A DNA stretch of 64,000 bases, from NCBI RefSeq assembly GCF_009914755.1, contig NC_060935.1, one strand, 5' to 3'. Made by a program: the position numbers and the translations under genes. The stretch is from the human T2T-CHM13v2.0 reference genome, Homo sapiens. Under the pieces are notes generated by a model. That model did no database searches and was not told the DNA's origin. It saw nothing but the letters and a program-made list of their open reading frames with translations. Below, one piece after another: positions 38,501-53,100 of this stretch (position 1 is the stretch's first letter; each line of letters opens with the position of its first letter).

Positions 38501-41500
38501 ATCATTGGATTGAACTAACAGAGCTGAACATTCCTTTAGATGGCGCAGTTTCCAAACACACTTTCTGTAGAATCTGCAAGTGGATATTTGGACCTCTGTG
38601 AGGATTTCGTTGGAAACGGGATATACTTCCCAGAAATACACGGAAGCATTCTGAGAAACTTCTTTGTGATGTTTGCATTCAACTCACAGAGTTGAACCTT
38701 GCTTTCATAGTTCAGCTTTCAAACACTCTTTTTGTAGAATCTGCAAGTGGATATTTGGACCACTTTGTGGCCTTCCTTCGAAACGGGTATATCTTCACAT
38801 CAAACCTAGACAGAAGCATTCTCAGAATGTTTCCTGTGATGACTGCATTCAACTCACAGAGGTGAACAATCCTGTTGATGGAGCAGTTTTGAAACTGTCT
38901 TTCTTTGGATTCTGCAAGTGGATATGTGGACCTCTGTGAAGATTTCGTTGGAAACGGGTTCATCTTCACAGAAAAACTAAACAGGAGCATTCTCAGAAAC
39001 TGCTTTGTGATGTTTGTGTTCCACTTCAGGAATTGAACTTTCCTCTTGACAGAGCAGCTCTGAAACCCTCTTTTTCTAGAATCTGCAAGTGGACATTTGG
39101 AGGGCTTTGAGGCCTGTGGTGGAAAAGGAAAATCTTCACATAAAAACTAGATGGAAGCATTCTCGGAAACTACTTTGTGATGATTGCATTCGACTCACGG
39201 AGTTGAACATTCCTATAGATAGAGCAGGTTGTAAACAATCTTTTTGTAGAATCTGCGATTGGAGATTTGGACTGCTTTGAGGCCTACTGTAGTAAAGGAA
39301 ATAACTTCATCTAAAAACCAAAAGGAAGCATTCACAGACAATTCTTAGTGATCATTGGATTGAACTAACAGAGCTGAACATTCCTTTAGATGGAGCAGTT
39401 TCCAAACACACTTTCTGTAGAATCTGCAAGTGGACATTTGGACCTCTCTGAGGATTTCGTTGGAAACGGGATAAACTTCCCAGAACTACACGGAAGCATT
39501 GTGAGAAACTTCTTTGTGATGTTTGCATTCAACTCACAGAGTTGAACCTTGCTTTCATAGTTCAGCTTTCAAACACTCTTTTTGTAGAATCTGCAAGTGG
39601 ATATTTGGACCACTTTGTGGCCTTCCTTCGAAACGGGTATATCTTCACATCAAACCTAGACAGAAGCATTCTCAGAATGTTTCCTGTGATGACTGCATTC
39701 AACTCACAGAGGTGAACAATCCTGCTGATGGAGCAGTTTTGAAACTCTCTTTCTTTGGATTCTGCAAGTGGATATGTGGACCTCTGTGAAGATTTCGTTG
39801 GAAACGGGTTCATCTTCACAGAAAAACTAAACAGGAGCATTCTCAGAAACTGCTTTGTGATGTTTGTGTTCCACTTCAGGAATTGAACTTTCCTCTTGAC
39901 AGAGCAGCTCTGAAACCCTCTTTTCTAGAATCTGCAAGTGGACATTTGGAGGGCTTTGAGGCCTGTGGTGGAAAAGGAAAATCTTCACATAAAAACTAGA
40001 TGGAAGCATTCTCAGAAACTACTTTGTGATGATTGCATTCGACTCACAGAGTTGAACATTCCTATAGATAGAGCAGGTTGTAAACAATCTTTTCGTAGAA
40101 TCTGCGATTGGAGATTTGGACTGCTTTGAGGCCTACTGTAGTAAAGGAAATAACTTCATCTAAAAACCAAACGGAAGCATTCACAGACAATTCTTAGTGA
40201 TCATTGGATTGAACTAACAGAGCTGAACATTCCTTTAGATGGAGCAGTTTCCAAACACACTTTCTGTAGAATCTGCCAGTGGATATTTTGACCTCTCTGA
40301 GGGTTTCGTTGGAAAAGGGATAAACTTCCCAAAACTACACGGAAGCATTCTGAGAAACTTCTTTGTGATGTTTGCATTCAACTCACAGGGTTGAAACTTG
40401 CTTTCATAGTTCAGCTTTCAAACACTCTTTTTGTAGAATCTGCAAGTGGATATTTGGACCACTTTGTGGCCTTCCTTCGAAACGGGTATATCTTCACATC
40501 AAACCTAGACAGAAGCATTCTCAGAATGTTTCCTGTGATGACTGCATTCAACTCTCAGAGGTGAACAATCCTGTTGATGGAGCAGTTTTGAAACTCTCTT
40601 TCTTTGGATTCTGCAAGTGGATATGTGGACCTCTGTGAACATTTCGTTGGAAACGGGTTCATCTTCACAGAAAAACTAAACAGGAGCATTCTCAGAAACT
40701 GCTTTGTGATGTTTGTGTTCCACTTCAGGAATTGAACTTTCCTCTTGACAGAGCAGCTCTGAAACCCTCTTTTTCTAGAATCTGCAAGTGGACATTTGGA
40801 GGGCTTTGAGGCCTGTGGTGGAAAAGGAAAATCTTCACATAAAAACTAGATGGAATCATTCTCAGAAACTACTTTGTGATGATTGCATTCGACTCACAGA
40901 GTTGAACATTCCTATAGATAGAGCAGGTTGTAAACAATCTTTTTGTAGAATCTGCGATTGGAGATTTGGACTGCTTTGAGGCCTACTGTAGTAAAGGAAA
41001 GAACTTCATCTAAAAACCAAACGGAAGCATTCACAGACAATTCTTAGTGATCATTGGATTGAACTAACAGAGCTGAACATTCCTTTAGATGGCGCAGTTT
41101 CCAAACACACTTTCTGTAGAATCTGCAAGTGGATATTTGGACCTCTCTGAGGATTTCGTTGGAAACGGGATAAACTTCCCAGAACTACACGGAAGCATTC
41201 TGAGAATGTTCTTTGTGATGTTTGCATTCAACTCACAGAGTTGAACATGGCTTTCATATTTCAGCTTTCAAACACTCTTTTTGTAGAATCTGCAAGTGGA
41301 TATTTGGACCACTTTGTGGCCTTCCTTCGAAACGGGTATATCTTCACATCAAAGCTAGACAGAAGCATTCTCAGAATGTTTCCTGTGATGACTGCATTCA
41401 ACTCACAGAGGTGAAAAATCCTGTTGATGGAGCAGTTTTGAAACTCTCTTTCTTTGGATTCTGCAAGTGGATATGTGGACCTCTGTGAAGATTTCGTTGG

Positions 41501-44500
41501 AAACGGGTTCATCTTCACAGAAAAACTAAACAGGAGCATTCTCAGAAACTGCTTTGTGATGTTTGTGTTCCACTTCAAGAATTGAACTTTCCTCTTGACA
41601 GAGCAGCTCTGAAACCCTCTTTTTCTAGAATCTGCAAGTGGACATTTGGAGGGCTTTGAGGCCTGTGGTGGAAAAGGAAAATCTTCACATAAAAACTAGA
41701 TGGAAGCATTCTCAGAAACTACTTTGTGATGATTGCATTCGACTCACAGAGTTGAACATTCCTATAGATAGAGCAGGTTGTAAACAATCTTTTTGTAGAA
41801 TCTGCGATTGGAGATTTGGACTGCTTTGAGGCCTACTGTAGTAAAGGAAATAACTTCATCTAAAAACCAAACGGAAGCATTCACAGACAATTCTTAGTGA
41901 TCATTGGATTGAACTAACAGAGCTGAACATTCCTTTAGATGGAGCAGTTTCCAAACCCACTTTCTGTAGAATCTGCAAGTGGATATTTGGACTTCTCTGA
42001 GGATTTCGTTGGAAACGGGATAAACTTCCCAGAACTACAGGGAAGCATTGTGAGAAACTTCTTTGTGATGTTTGCATTCAACTCACAGAGTTGAACCTTG
42101 CTTTCATAGTTCAGCTTTCAAACACTCTTTTTGTAGAATCTGCAAGTGGATATTTAGACCACTTTGTGGCCTTCCTTCGAAACGGGTATATCTTCACATC
42201 AAACCTAGACAGAAGCATTCTCAGAATGTTTCCTGTGAAGACTGCATTCAACTCACAGAGATGAACAATCCTGTTGATGGAGCACTTTGGAAACTCTCTT
42301 TCTTGGGATTCTGCAAGTTGATATGTGGACCTCTGTGAAGATTTCGTTGGAAACGGGTTCATCTTCACAGAAAAACTAAACAGAAGCATTCTCAAAAACT
42401 ACTTTGTGATGTTTGTGTTCCACTTCAAGAATTGAACTTTCCTCTTGACAGAGCAGCTCTGAAAACCTCTTTTTCTAGAATCTGCAAGTGGACATTTGGA
42501 GGGCTTTGAGGCCTGTGGTGGAAAAGGAAAATCTTCACATAAAAACTAGATGGAAGCATTCTCAGAAACTACTTTGAGATGATTGCATTCGACTCACAGA
42601 GTTGAACATTCCTATAGATAGAGCAGGTTGTAAACAATCTTTTTCTAGAATCTGCGATTGGAGATTTGGACTGCTTTGAGGCCTACTGTAGTAAAGGAAA
42701 TAACTTCATCTAAAAACCAAACGGAAGCATTCACAGACAATTCTTAGTGATCATTGGATTGAACTAACACAGCTGAACATTCCTTTAGATGGAGCAGTTT
42801 CCAAACACACTTTCTGTAGAATCTGCAAGTGGATATTTGGACCACTCTGAGGATTTCGTTGGAAACGGGATAAACTTCCCAGAACTACACGGAAGCATTC
42901 TGAGAAACTTCTTTGTGATGTTTGCATTCAACTCACAGAGTTGAACCTTGCTTTCATAGTTCAGCTTTCAAACACTCTTTTTGTAGAATCTGCAAGTGGA
43001 TATTTGGACCACTTTGTGGCCTTCCTTCGAAACGGGTATATCTTCACATCAAACCTAGACAGAAGCATTCTCAGAATGTTTCCTGTGATGACTGCATTCA
43101 ACTCACAGAGGTGAACAATCCTGCTGATGGAGCAGTTTTGAAACTCTCTTTCTTTGGATTCTGCAAGTGGATATGTGGACCTCTGTGAAGATTTCGTTGG
43201 AAACGGGTTCATCTTCACAGAAAAACTAAACAGAAGCATTCTCAGAAACTGCTTTGTGATGTTTGTGTTCCACTTCAGGAATTGAACTTTCCTCTTGACA
43301 GAGCAGCTCTGAAACCCTCTTATTCTATAATCTGCAAGTGGACATTTGGAGTGCTTTGAGGCCTGTGGTGGAAAAGGAAAATCTTCACATAAAAACTAGA
43401 TGGAAGCATTCTCAGAAACTACTTTGTGATGATTGCATTCGACTCACAGAGTTGAACATTCCTATAGATAGAGCAGGTTGTAAACAATCTTTTTGTAGAA
43501 AATGCGATTGGAGATTTGGACTGCTTTGAGGCCTACTGTAGTAAAGGAAATAACTTCATCTAAAAACCAAACGGAAGCATTCACAGACAATTCTTAGTGA
43601 TCATTGGATTGAACTAACAGAGCTGAACATTCCTTTAGATGGCGCAGTTTCCAAACCCACTTTCTGTAGAATCTGCAAGTGGATATTTGGACTTCTCTGA
43701 TGATTTCGTTGGAAACGGGATAAACTTCCCAGAACTACACGGAAGCATTGTGAGAAACTTCTTTGTGATGTTTGCATTCAACTCACAGAGTTGAACCTTG
43801 CTTTCATAGTTCAGCTTTCAAACACTCTTTTTGTAGAATCTGCAAGTGGATATTTGGACCACTTTGTGGCCTTCCTTCGAAACGGGTATATCTTCACATC
43901 AAACCTAGACAGAAGCATTCTCAGAATGTTTCCTGTGATGACTGCATTCAACTCACAGAGGTGAACAATCCTGCTGATGGAGCAGTTTTGAAACTCTCTT
44001 TCTTTGGATTCTACAAGTGGATATGTGGACCTCTGTGAAGATTTCGTTGGAAACGGGTTCATCTTCACAGAAAAACTAAACAGAAGCATTCTCAGAAACT
44101 GCTTTGTGATGTTTGTGTTCCACTTCAGGAATTGAACTTTCCTCTTGACAGAGCAGCTCTGAAACCCTCTTATTCTAGAATCTGCAAGTGGACATTTGGA
44201 GGGCTTTGAGGCCTGTGGTGGAAAAGGAAAATCTTCACATAAAAACTAGATGGAAGCATTCTCAGAAACTACTTTGTGATGATGGCTTTCGACTCACAGA
44301 GTTGAACATTCCTATAGATAGAGCAGGTTGTAAACAATCTTTTTGTAGAATCTGCGATTGGAGATTTGGACTGCTTTGAGGCCTATTGTAGTAAAGGAAA
44401 TAACTTCATCTAAAAACCAAACGGAAGCATTCACAGACAATACTTAGTGATCATTGGATTGAACTAACAGAGCTGAACATTCCTGTAGATGGAGCAGTTT

Positions 44501-47149
44501 CCAAACACACTTTCTGTAGAATCTGCAAGTGGATATTTGGACTTCTCTGAGGATTTCGTTGGAAACGGGATAAAATTCCCAGAACTACACGGAAGCATTC
44601 TGAGAAACTTCTTTGTAATGTTTGCATTCAACTCACAGAGTTGAACCTTGCTTTCATAGTTCAGCTTTCAAACACTCTTTTTGTACAATCTGCAAGTGGA
44701 TATTTGGACCACTTTGTGGCCTTCCTTCGAAACGGGTATATCTTCATATCAAACCTAGACAGAAGCATTCTCAGAATGTTTCCTGTCATGACTGCATTCA
44801 ACTCACAGAGGTGAACAATCCTGCTGATGGAGCAGTTTTGAAACTCTCTTTCTTTGGATTCTGCAAGTGGATATGTGGACCTCTGTGAAGATTTCGTTGG
44901 AAACGGGTTCATCTTCACAGAAAAACTAAACAGGAGCATTCTCAGAAACTGCTTTGTGATGTTTGTGTTCCACTTCAGGAATTGAACATTCCTCTTGACA
45001 GAGCAGCTCTGAAACCCTCTTTTTCTAGAATCTGCAAGTGGACATTTGGAGGGCTTTGAGGCCTGTGGTGGAAAAGGAAAATCTTCACATAAAAACTAGA
45101 TGGAAGCATTCTCAGAAACTACTTTGTGATGATTGCATTCGACTCACAGAGTTGAACATTCCTATAGATAGAGCAGGTTGTAAACAATCTTTTTGTAGAA
45201 TATGCGATTGGAGATTTGGACTGCTTTGAGGCCTACTGTAGTAAAGGAAATAACTTCATCTAAAAACCAAACGGAAGCATTCACAGACAATTCTTAGTGA
45301 TCATTGGATTGAACTAACAGAGCTGAACATTCCTTTAGATGGCGCAGTTTCCGAACACACTTTCTGTAGAATCTGCAAGTGGATATTTGGACTTCTCTGA
45401 GGATTTCGTTGGAAACGGGATAAACTTCCCAGAACTACACGCAAGCATTGTGAGAAACTTCTTTGTGATGTTTGCATTCAACTCACAGAGTTGAACCTTG
45501 CTTTCATAGTTCAGCTTTCAAACACTCTTTTTGTAGAATCTGCAAGTGGATATTTGGACCACTTTTTGGGCTTCCTTCGAAACGGGTATATCTTCACATC
45601 AAACCTAGACAGAAACATTCTCAGAATGTTTCCTGTGATGACTGCATTCAACTCACAGAGGTGAACAATCCTGCTGATGGAGCAGTTTTGAAACTCTCTT
45701 TCTTTGGATTCTGCAAGTGGATATGTGGACCTCTGTGAAGATTTCGTTGGAAACGGGTTCATCTTCACAGAAAAACTAAACAGGAGCATTCTCAGAAACT
45801 GCTTTGTGATGTTTGTGTTCCACTTCAAGAATTGAACTTTCCTCTTGACAGAGCAGCTCTGAAACCCTATTTCTCTAGAATATGCAAGTGGACATTTGGA
45901 GGGCTTTGAGGCCTGTGGTGGAAAAGGAAAATCTTCACATAAAAACTAGATGGAAGCATTCTCAGAAACTACTTTGTGATGATTGCATTCGACGCACAGA
46001 GTTGAACATTCCTATAGATAGAGCAGGTTGTAAACAATCTTTTTGTAGAATCTGCGATTGGAGATTTGGACTGCTTTGAGGCCTACTGTAGTAAAGGAAA
46101 TAACTTCATCTAAAAACCAAACGGAAGCATTCACAGACAATTCTTAGTGATCATTGGATTGAACTAACAGAGCTGAACATTCCTTTAGATGGAGCAGTTT
46201 CCAAACCCACTTTCTGTAGAATCTTCAAGTGGATATTTGGACTTCTCTGAGGATTTCGTTGGAAACGGGATAAACTTCCCAGAACTACACGGAAGCATTG
46301 TGAGAAACTTCTTTGTGATGTTTGCATTCAACTCACAGAGTTGAACCTTGCTTTCATAGTTCAGCTTTCAAACACTCTTTTTGTAGAATCTGCAAGTGGA
46401 TATTTGGACCACTTTGTGGCCTTCCTTCGAAACGGGTATATCTTCCCATCAAACCTAGACAGAAGCATTCTCAGAATGTTTCCTGTGATGACTGCATTCA
46501 ACTCACAGAGGTGAACAATCCTGTTGATGGAGCAGTTTTGAAACTCTCTTTCTTTGGATTCTGCAAGTGGATATGTGGACCTCTGTGAAGATTTCGTTGG
46601 AAACGGGTTCATCTTCACAGAAAAACTAAACAGAAGCATTCTCTGAAACTACTTTGTGATGTTTGTGTTCCACTTCTAGAATTGAACTTTCCTCTTGACA
46701 GAGCAGCTCTGAAACCCTCTTTTTCTAGAATCTGCAAGTGGACATTTGGAGGGCTTTGAGGCCTGTGGTGGAAAAGGAAAATCTTCACATAAAAACTAGA
46801 TGGAAGCATTCTCAGAAACTACTTTGTGATGATTGCATTCGACTCACAGAGTTGAACATTCCTATAGATAGAGCAGGTTGTAAACAATCTTTTTGTAGAA
46901 TCTGCGATTGGAGATTTGGACTGCTTTGAGGCCTACTGTAGTAAAGGAAATAACTTCATCTAAAAACCAAACGGAAGCATTCACAGACAATTCTTAGTGA
47001 TCATTGCATTGAACTAACAGAGCTGAACATTCCTTTAGATGGCGCAGTTTCCAAACACACTTTCTGTAGAATCTGCAAGTGGATATTTGGACCTCTCTGA
47101 GGATTTCGTTGGAAACGGGATAAACTTCCCAGAACTACACGGAAGCATG

Positions 47150-50100
47150 CTGAGAAACTTCTTTGTGATGTTTGCATTCAACTCACAGAGTTGAACCTTG
47201 CTTTCATAGTTCAGCTTTCAAACACTCTTTTTGTAGAATCTGCAAGTGGATATTTGGACCACTTTGTGGCCTTCCTTCGAAACGGGTATATCTTCACATC
47301 AAACCTAGACAGAAGCATTCTCAGAATGTTTCCTGTGATGACTGCATTCAACTCACAGAGGTGAACAATCCTGCTGATGGAGCAGTTTTGAAACTCTCTT
47401 TCTTTGGATTCTGCATGTGGATATGTTGACCTCTGTGAAGATTTCGTTGGAAACGGGTTCATCTTCACAGAAAAACTAAACAGGAGCATTCTCAGAAACT
47501 GCTTTGTGATGTTTGTGTTCCACTTCAAGAAATGAACTTTCCTCTTGACAGAGCAGCTCTGAAACCCTCTTTTTCTAGAATCTGCAAGTGGACATTTGGA
47601 AGGATTTGAGGCCTGTGGTGGAAAAGGAAAATCTTCACATAAAAACTAGATGGAAGCATTCTCAGAAACTACTTTGTGATGATTGCATTCGACGCACAGA
47701 GTTGAACATTCCTATAGAGAGAGCAGGTTGTAAACAATCTTTTTGTAGAATCTGCGATTGGAGATTTGGACTGCTTTGAGGCTTACTGTAGTAAAGGAAA
47801 TAACTTCATCTAAAAACCAAACGGAAGCATTCACAGACAATTCTTAGTGATCATTGGATTGAGCTAACAGAGCTGAACATTCCTTTAGATGGAGCAGTTT
47901 CCAAACCCACTTTCTGTAGAATCTGCAAGTGGATATTTGTACTTCTCTGAGGATTTCGTTGGAAACGGGATAAACTTCCCAGAACTACACGGAAGCATTG
48001 TGAGAAACTTCTTTGTGATGTTTGCATTCAACTCACAGAGTTGAACCTTGCTTTCATAGTTCAGCTTTCAAACACTCTTTTTGTAGAATCTGCAAGTGGA
48101 TATTTGGACCACTTTGTGGCCTTCCTTCGAAACGGGTATATCTTCACATCAAACCTAGACAGAAGCATTCTCAGAATGTTTCCTGTGATGACTGCATTCA
48201 ACTCACAGAGGTGAACAATCCTGCTGATGGAGCAATTTTGAAACTCTCTTTCTTTGGATTCTGCAAGTGGATATGTGGACCTCTGTGAAGATTTCGTTGG
48301 AAACGGGTTCATCTTCACAGAAAAACTAAACAGAAGCATTCTCAGAAACTGCTTTGTGATGTTTGTGTTCCACTTCATGAATTGAACTTTCCTCTTGACA
48401 GAGCAGCTCTGAAACCCTCTTATTCTAGAATCTGCAAGTGGACATTTGGAGGGCTTTGAGGCCTGTGGTGGAAAAGGAAAATCTTCACATAAAAACTAGA
48501 TGGAAGCATTCTCAGAAACTACTTTGTGATGATTGCATTCGACTCACAGAGTTGAACATTCCTATAGATAGAGCAGGTTGTAAACAATCTTTTTGTAGAA
48601 TCTGCGATTGGAGATTTGGACTGCTTTGAGGCCTACTGTAGTAAAGGAAATAACTTCATCTAAAAACCAAACGGAAGCATTCACAGACAATTCTTAGTGA
48701 TCATTGCATTGAACTAACAGAGCTGAACATTCCTTTAGATGGCGCAGTTTCCAAACACACTTTCTGTAGAATCTGCAAGTGGATATTTGGACTTCTCTGA
48801 GGATTTCGTTGGAAACGGGATAAACTTCCCAGAACTACACGGAAGCATTGTGAGAAACTTCTTTGTGATGTTTGCATTCAACTCACAGAGTTGAAATTGC
48901 TTTCATAGTTCAGCTTTCAAACACTCTTTTTGTAGAATCTGCAAGTGGATATTTGGACCACTTTGTGGCCTTCCTTCGAAACGGGTATATCTTCACATCA
49001 AACCTAGACATAAGCATTCTCAGAATGTTTCCTGTGAAGACTGCATTCAACTCACAGAGATGAACAATCCTGTTGATGGAGCACTTTGGAAACTCTCTTT
49101 CTTTGGATTCTGCAAGTTGATATGTGGACCTCTGTGAAGATTTCGTTGGAAACGGGTTCATCTTCACAGAAAAACTAAACAGAAGCATTCTCAAAAACTA
49201 CTTTGTGATGTTTGTGTTCCACTTCAAGAATTGAACTTTCCTCTTGACAGAGCAGTTCTGAAAACCTCTTTTTCTAGAATCTGCAAGTGGACATTTGGAG
49301 GGCTTTGAGGCCTGTGGTGGAAAAGGAAAATCTTCACATAAAAACTAGATGGAAGCATTCTCAGAAACTACTTTGTGATGATTGCATTCGACTCACAGAG
49401 TTGAACATTCCTATAGATAGAGCAGGTTGTAAACAATCTTTTGTAGAATCTGCGATTGGAGATTCGGACTGCTTTGAGGCCTACTGTAGTAAAGGAAATA
49501 ACTTCATCTAAAAACCAAACGGAAGCATTCACAGACAATTCTTAGTGATCATTGCATTGAACTAACAGAGCTGAACATTCCTTTACATGGCGCAGTTTCC
49601 AAACACACTTTCTGTAGAATCTGCAAGTGGATATTTGGACCTCTCTGAGGATTTCGTTGGAAACGGGATAAACTTCCCAGAACTACACGGAAGCATGCTG
49701 AGAAACTTCTTTGTGATGTTTGCATTCAACTCACAGAGTTGAACCTTGCTTTCATAGTTCAGCTTTCAAACACTTTTTTTGTAGAATCTGCAAGTGGATA
49801 TTTGGACCACTTTGTGGCCTTCCTTCGAAACGGGTATATCTTCACATCAAACCTAGACAGAAGCATTCTCAGAATGTTTCCTGTGATGACTGCATTCAAC
49901 TCACAGAGGTGAACAATCCTGCTGATGGAGGAGTTTTGAAACTCTCTTTCTTTGGATTCTGCAAGTGGATATGTGGACCTCTGTGAAGATTTCGTTGGAA
50001 ACGGGTTCATCTTCACAGAAAAACTAAACAGAAGCATTCTCAGAAACTGCTTTGTGATGTTTGTGTTCCACTTCAGGAATTGAACTTTCCTCTTGACAGA

Positions 50101-53100
50101 GCAGCTCTGAAACCCTCTTATTCTAGAATCTGCAAGTGGACATTTGGAGGGCTTTGAGGCCTGTGGTGGAAAAGGAAAATCTTCACATAAAAACTAGATG
50201 GAAGCATTCTCAGAAACTACTTTGTGATGATTGCATTCGACTCACAGAGTTGAACATTCCTATAGATAGAGCAGGTTGTAAACAATCTTTTTCTAGAATC
50301 TGCTATTGGAGATTTGGACTGCTTTGAGGCCTACTGTAGTAAAGGAAATAACTTCATCTAAAAACCAAACGGAAGCATTCACAGACAATTCTCAGTGATC
50401 ATTGGATTGAACTAACAGAGCTGAACATTCCTTTAGATGGAGCAGTTTCCAAACAAACTTTCTGTAGAATCTGCAAGTGGATATTTGGACTTCTCTGAGA
50501 ATTTCGTTGGAAAAGGGATAAACTTCCCAGAACTACACGGAAGCATTGTGAGAAACTTCTTTGTGATGTTTGCATTCAACTCACAGAGTTGAACCTTGCT
50601 TTCATAGTTCAGCTTTCAAACACTCTTTTTGTAGAATCTGCAAGTGGATATTTGGACCACTTTGTGGCCTTCCTTCGAAACGGGTATATCTTCACATCAA
50701 ACCTAGACAGAAGCATTCTCAGAATGTTTCCTGTGATGACTGCATTCAACTCACAGAGGTGAACAATCCTGCTGATGGAGCAGTTTTGAAACTCTCTTTC
50801 TTTGGATTCTGCATGTGGATATGTTGACCTCTGTGAAGATTTCGTTGGAAACGGGTTCATCTTCACAGAAAAACTAAACAGGAGCATTCTCAGAAACTGC
50901 TTTGTGATGTTTGTGTTCCACTTCAAGAATTGAACTTTCCTCTTGACAGAGCAGCTCTGAAACCCTCTTTTTCTAGAATCTGCAAGTGGACATTTGGAAG
51001 GATTTGAGGCCTGTGGTGGAAAAGGAAAATCTTCACATAAAAACTAGATGGAAGCATTCTCAGAAACTACTTTGTGATGATTGCATTCGACGCACAGAGT
51101 TGAACATTCCTATAGAGAGAGCAGGTTGTAAACAATCTTTTTGTAGAATCTGCGATTGGAGATTTGGACTGCTTTGAGGCTTACTGTAGTAAAGGAAATA
51201 ACTTCATCTAAAAACCAAACGGAAGCATTCACAGACAATTCTTAGTGATCATTGGATTGAGCTAACAGAGCTGAACATTCCTTTAGATGGAGCAGTTTCC
51301 AAACCCACTTTCTGTAGAATCTGCAAGTGGATATTTGTACTTCTCTGAGGATTTCGTTGGAAACGGGATAAACTTCCCAGAACTACACGGAAGCATTGTG
51401 AGAAACTTCTTTGTGATGTTTGCATTCAACTCACAGAGTTGAACCTTGCTTTCATAGTTCAGCTTTCAAACACTCTTTTTGTAGAATCTGCAAGTGGATA
51501 TTTGGACCACTTTGTGGCCTTCCTTCGAAACGGGTATATCTTCACATCAAACCTAGACAGAAGCATTCTCAGAATGTTTCCTGTGATGACTGCATTCAAC
51601 TCACAGAGGTGAACAATCCTGCTGATGGAGCAATTTTGAAACTCTCTTTCTTTGGATTCTGCAAGTGGATATGTGGACCTCTGTGAAGATTTCGTTGGAA
51701 ACGGGTTCATCTTCACAGAAAAACTAAACAGAAGCATTCTCAGAAACTGCTTTGTGATGTTTGTGTTCCACTTCAGGAATTGAACTTTCCTCTTGACAGA
51801 GCAGCTCTGAAACCCTCTTATTCTAGAATCTGCAAGTGGACATTTGGAGGGCTTTGAGGCCTGTGGTGGAAAAGGAAAATCTTCACATAAAAACTAGATG
51901 GAAGCATTCTCAGAAACTACTTTGTGATGATTGCATTCGACTCACAGAGTTGAACATTCCTATAGATAGAGCAGGTTGTAAACAATCTTTTTGTAGAATC
52001 TGCGATTGGAGATTTGGACTGCTTTGAGGCCTACTGTAGTAAAGGAAATAACTTCATCTAAAAACCAAACGGAAGCATTCACAGACAATTCTTAGTGATC
52101 ATTGCATTGAACTAACAGAGCTGAACATTCCTTTAGATGGCGCAGTTTCCAAACACACTTTCTGTAGAATCTGCAAGTGGATATTTGGACTTCTCTGAGG
52201 ATTTCGTTGGAAACGGGATAAACTTCCCAGAACTACACGGAAGCATTGTGAGAAACTTCTTTGTGATGTTTGCATTCAACTCACAGAGTTGAAACTTGCT
52301 TTCATAGTTCAGCTTTCAAACACTCTTTTTGTAGAATCTGCAAGTGGATATTTGGACCACTTTGTGGCCTTCCTTCGAAACGGGTATATCTTCACATCAA
52401 ACCTAGACATAAGCATTCTCAGAATGTTTCCTGTGAAGACTGCATTCAACTCACAGAGATGAACAATCCTGTTGATGGAGCACTTTGGAAACTCTCTTTC
52501 TTTGGATTCTGCAAGTTGATATGTGGACCTCTGTGAAGATTTCGTTGGAAACGGGTTCATCTTCACAGAAAAACTAAACAGAAGCATTCTCAAAAACTAC
52601 TTTGTGATGTTTGTGTTCCACTTCAAGAATTGAACTTTCCTCTTGACAGAGCAGTTCTGAAAACCTCTTTTTCTAGAATCTGCAAGTGGACATTTGGAGG
52701 GCTTTGAGGCCTGTGGTGGAAAAGGAAAATCTTCACATAAAAACTAGATGGAAGCATTCTCAGAAACTACTTTGTGATGATTGCATTCGACTCACAGAGT
52801 TGAACATTCCTATAGATAGAGCAGGTTGTAAACAATCTTTTTGTAGAATCTGCGATTGGAGATTCGGACTGCTTTGAGGCCTACTGTAGTAAAGGAAATA
52901 ACTTCATCTAAAAACCAAACGGAAGCATTCACAGACAATTCTTAGTGATCATTGCATTGAACTAACAGAGCTGAACATTCCTTTACATGGCGCAGTTTCC
53001 AAACACACTTTCTGTAGAATCTGCAAGTGGATATTTGGACCTCTCTGAGGATTTCGTTGGAAACGGGATAAACTTCCCAGAACTACACGGAAGCATGCTG

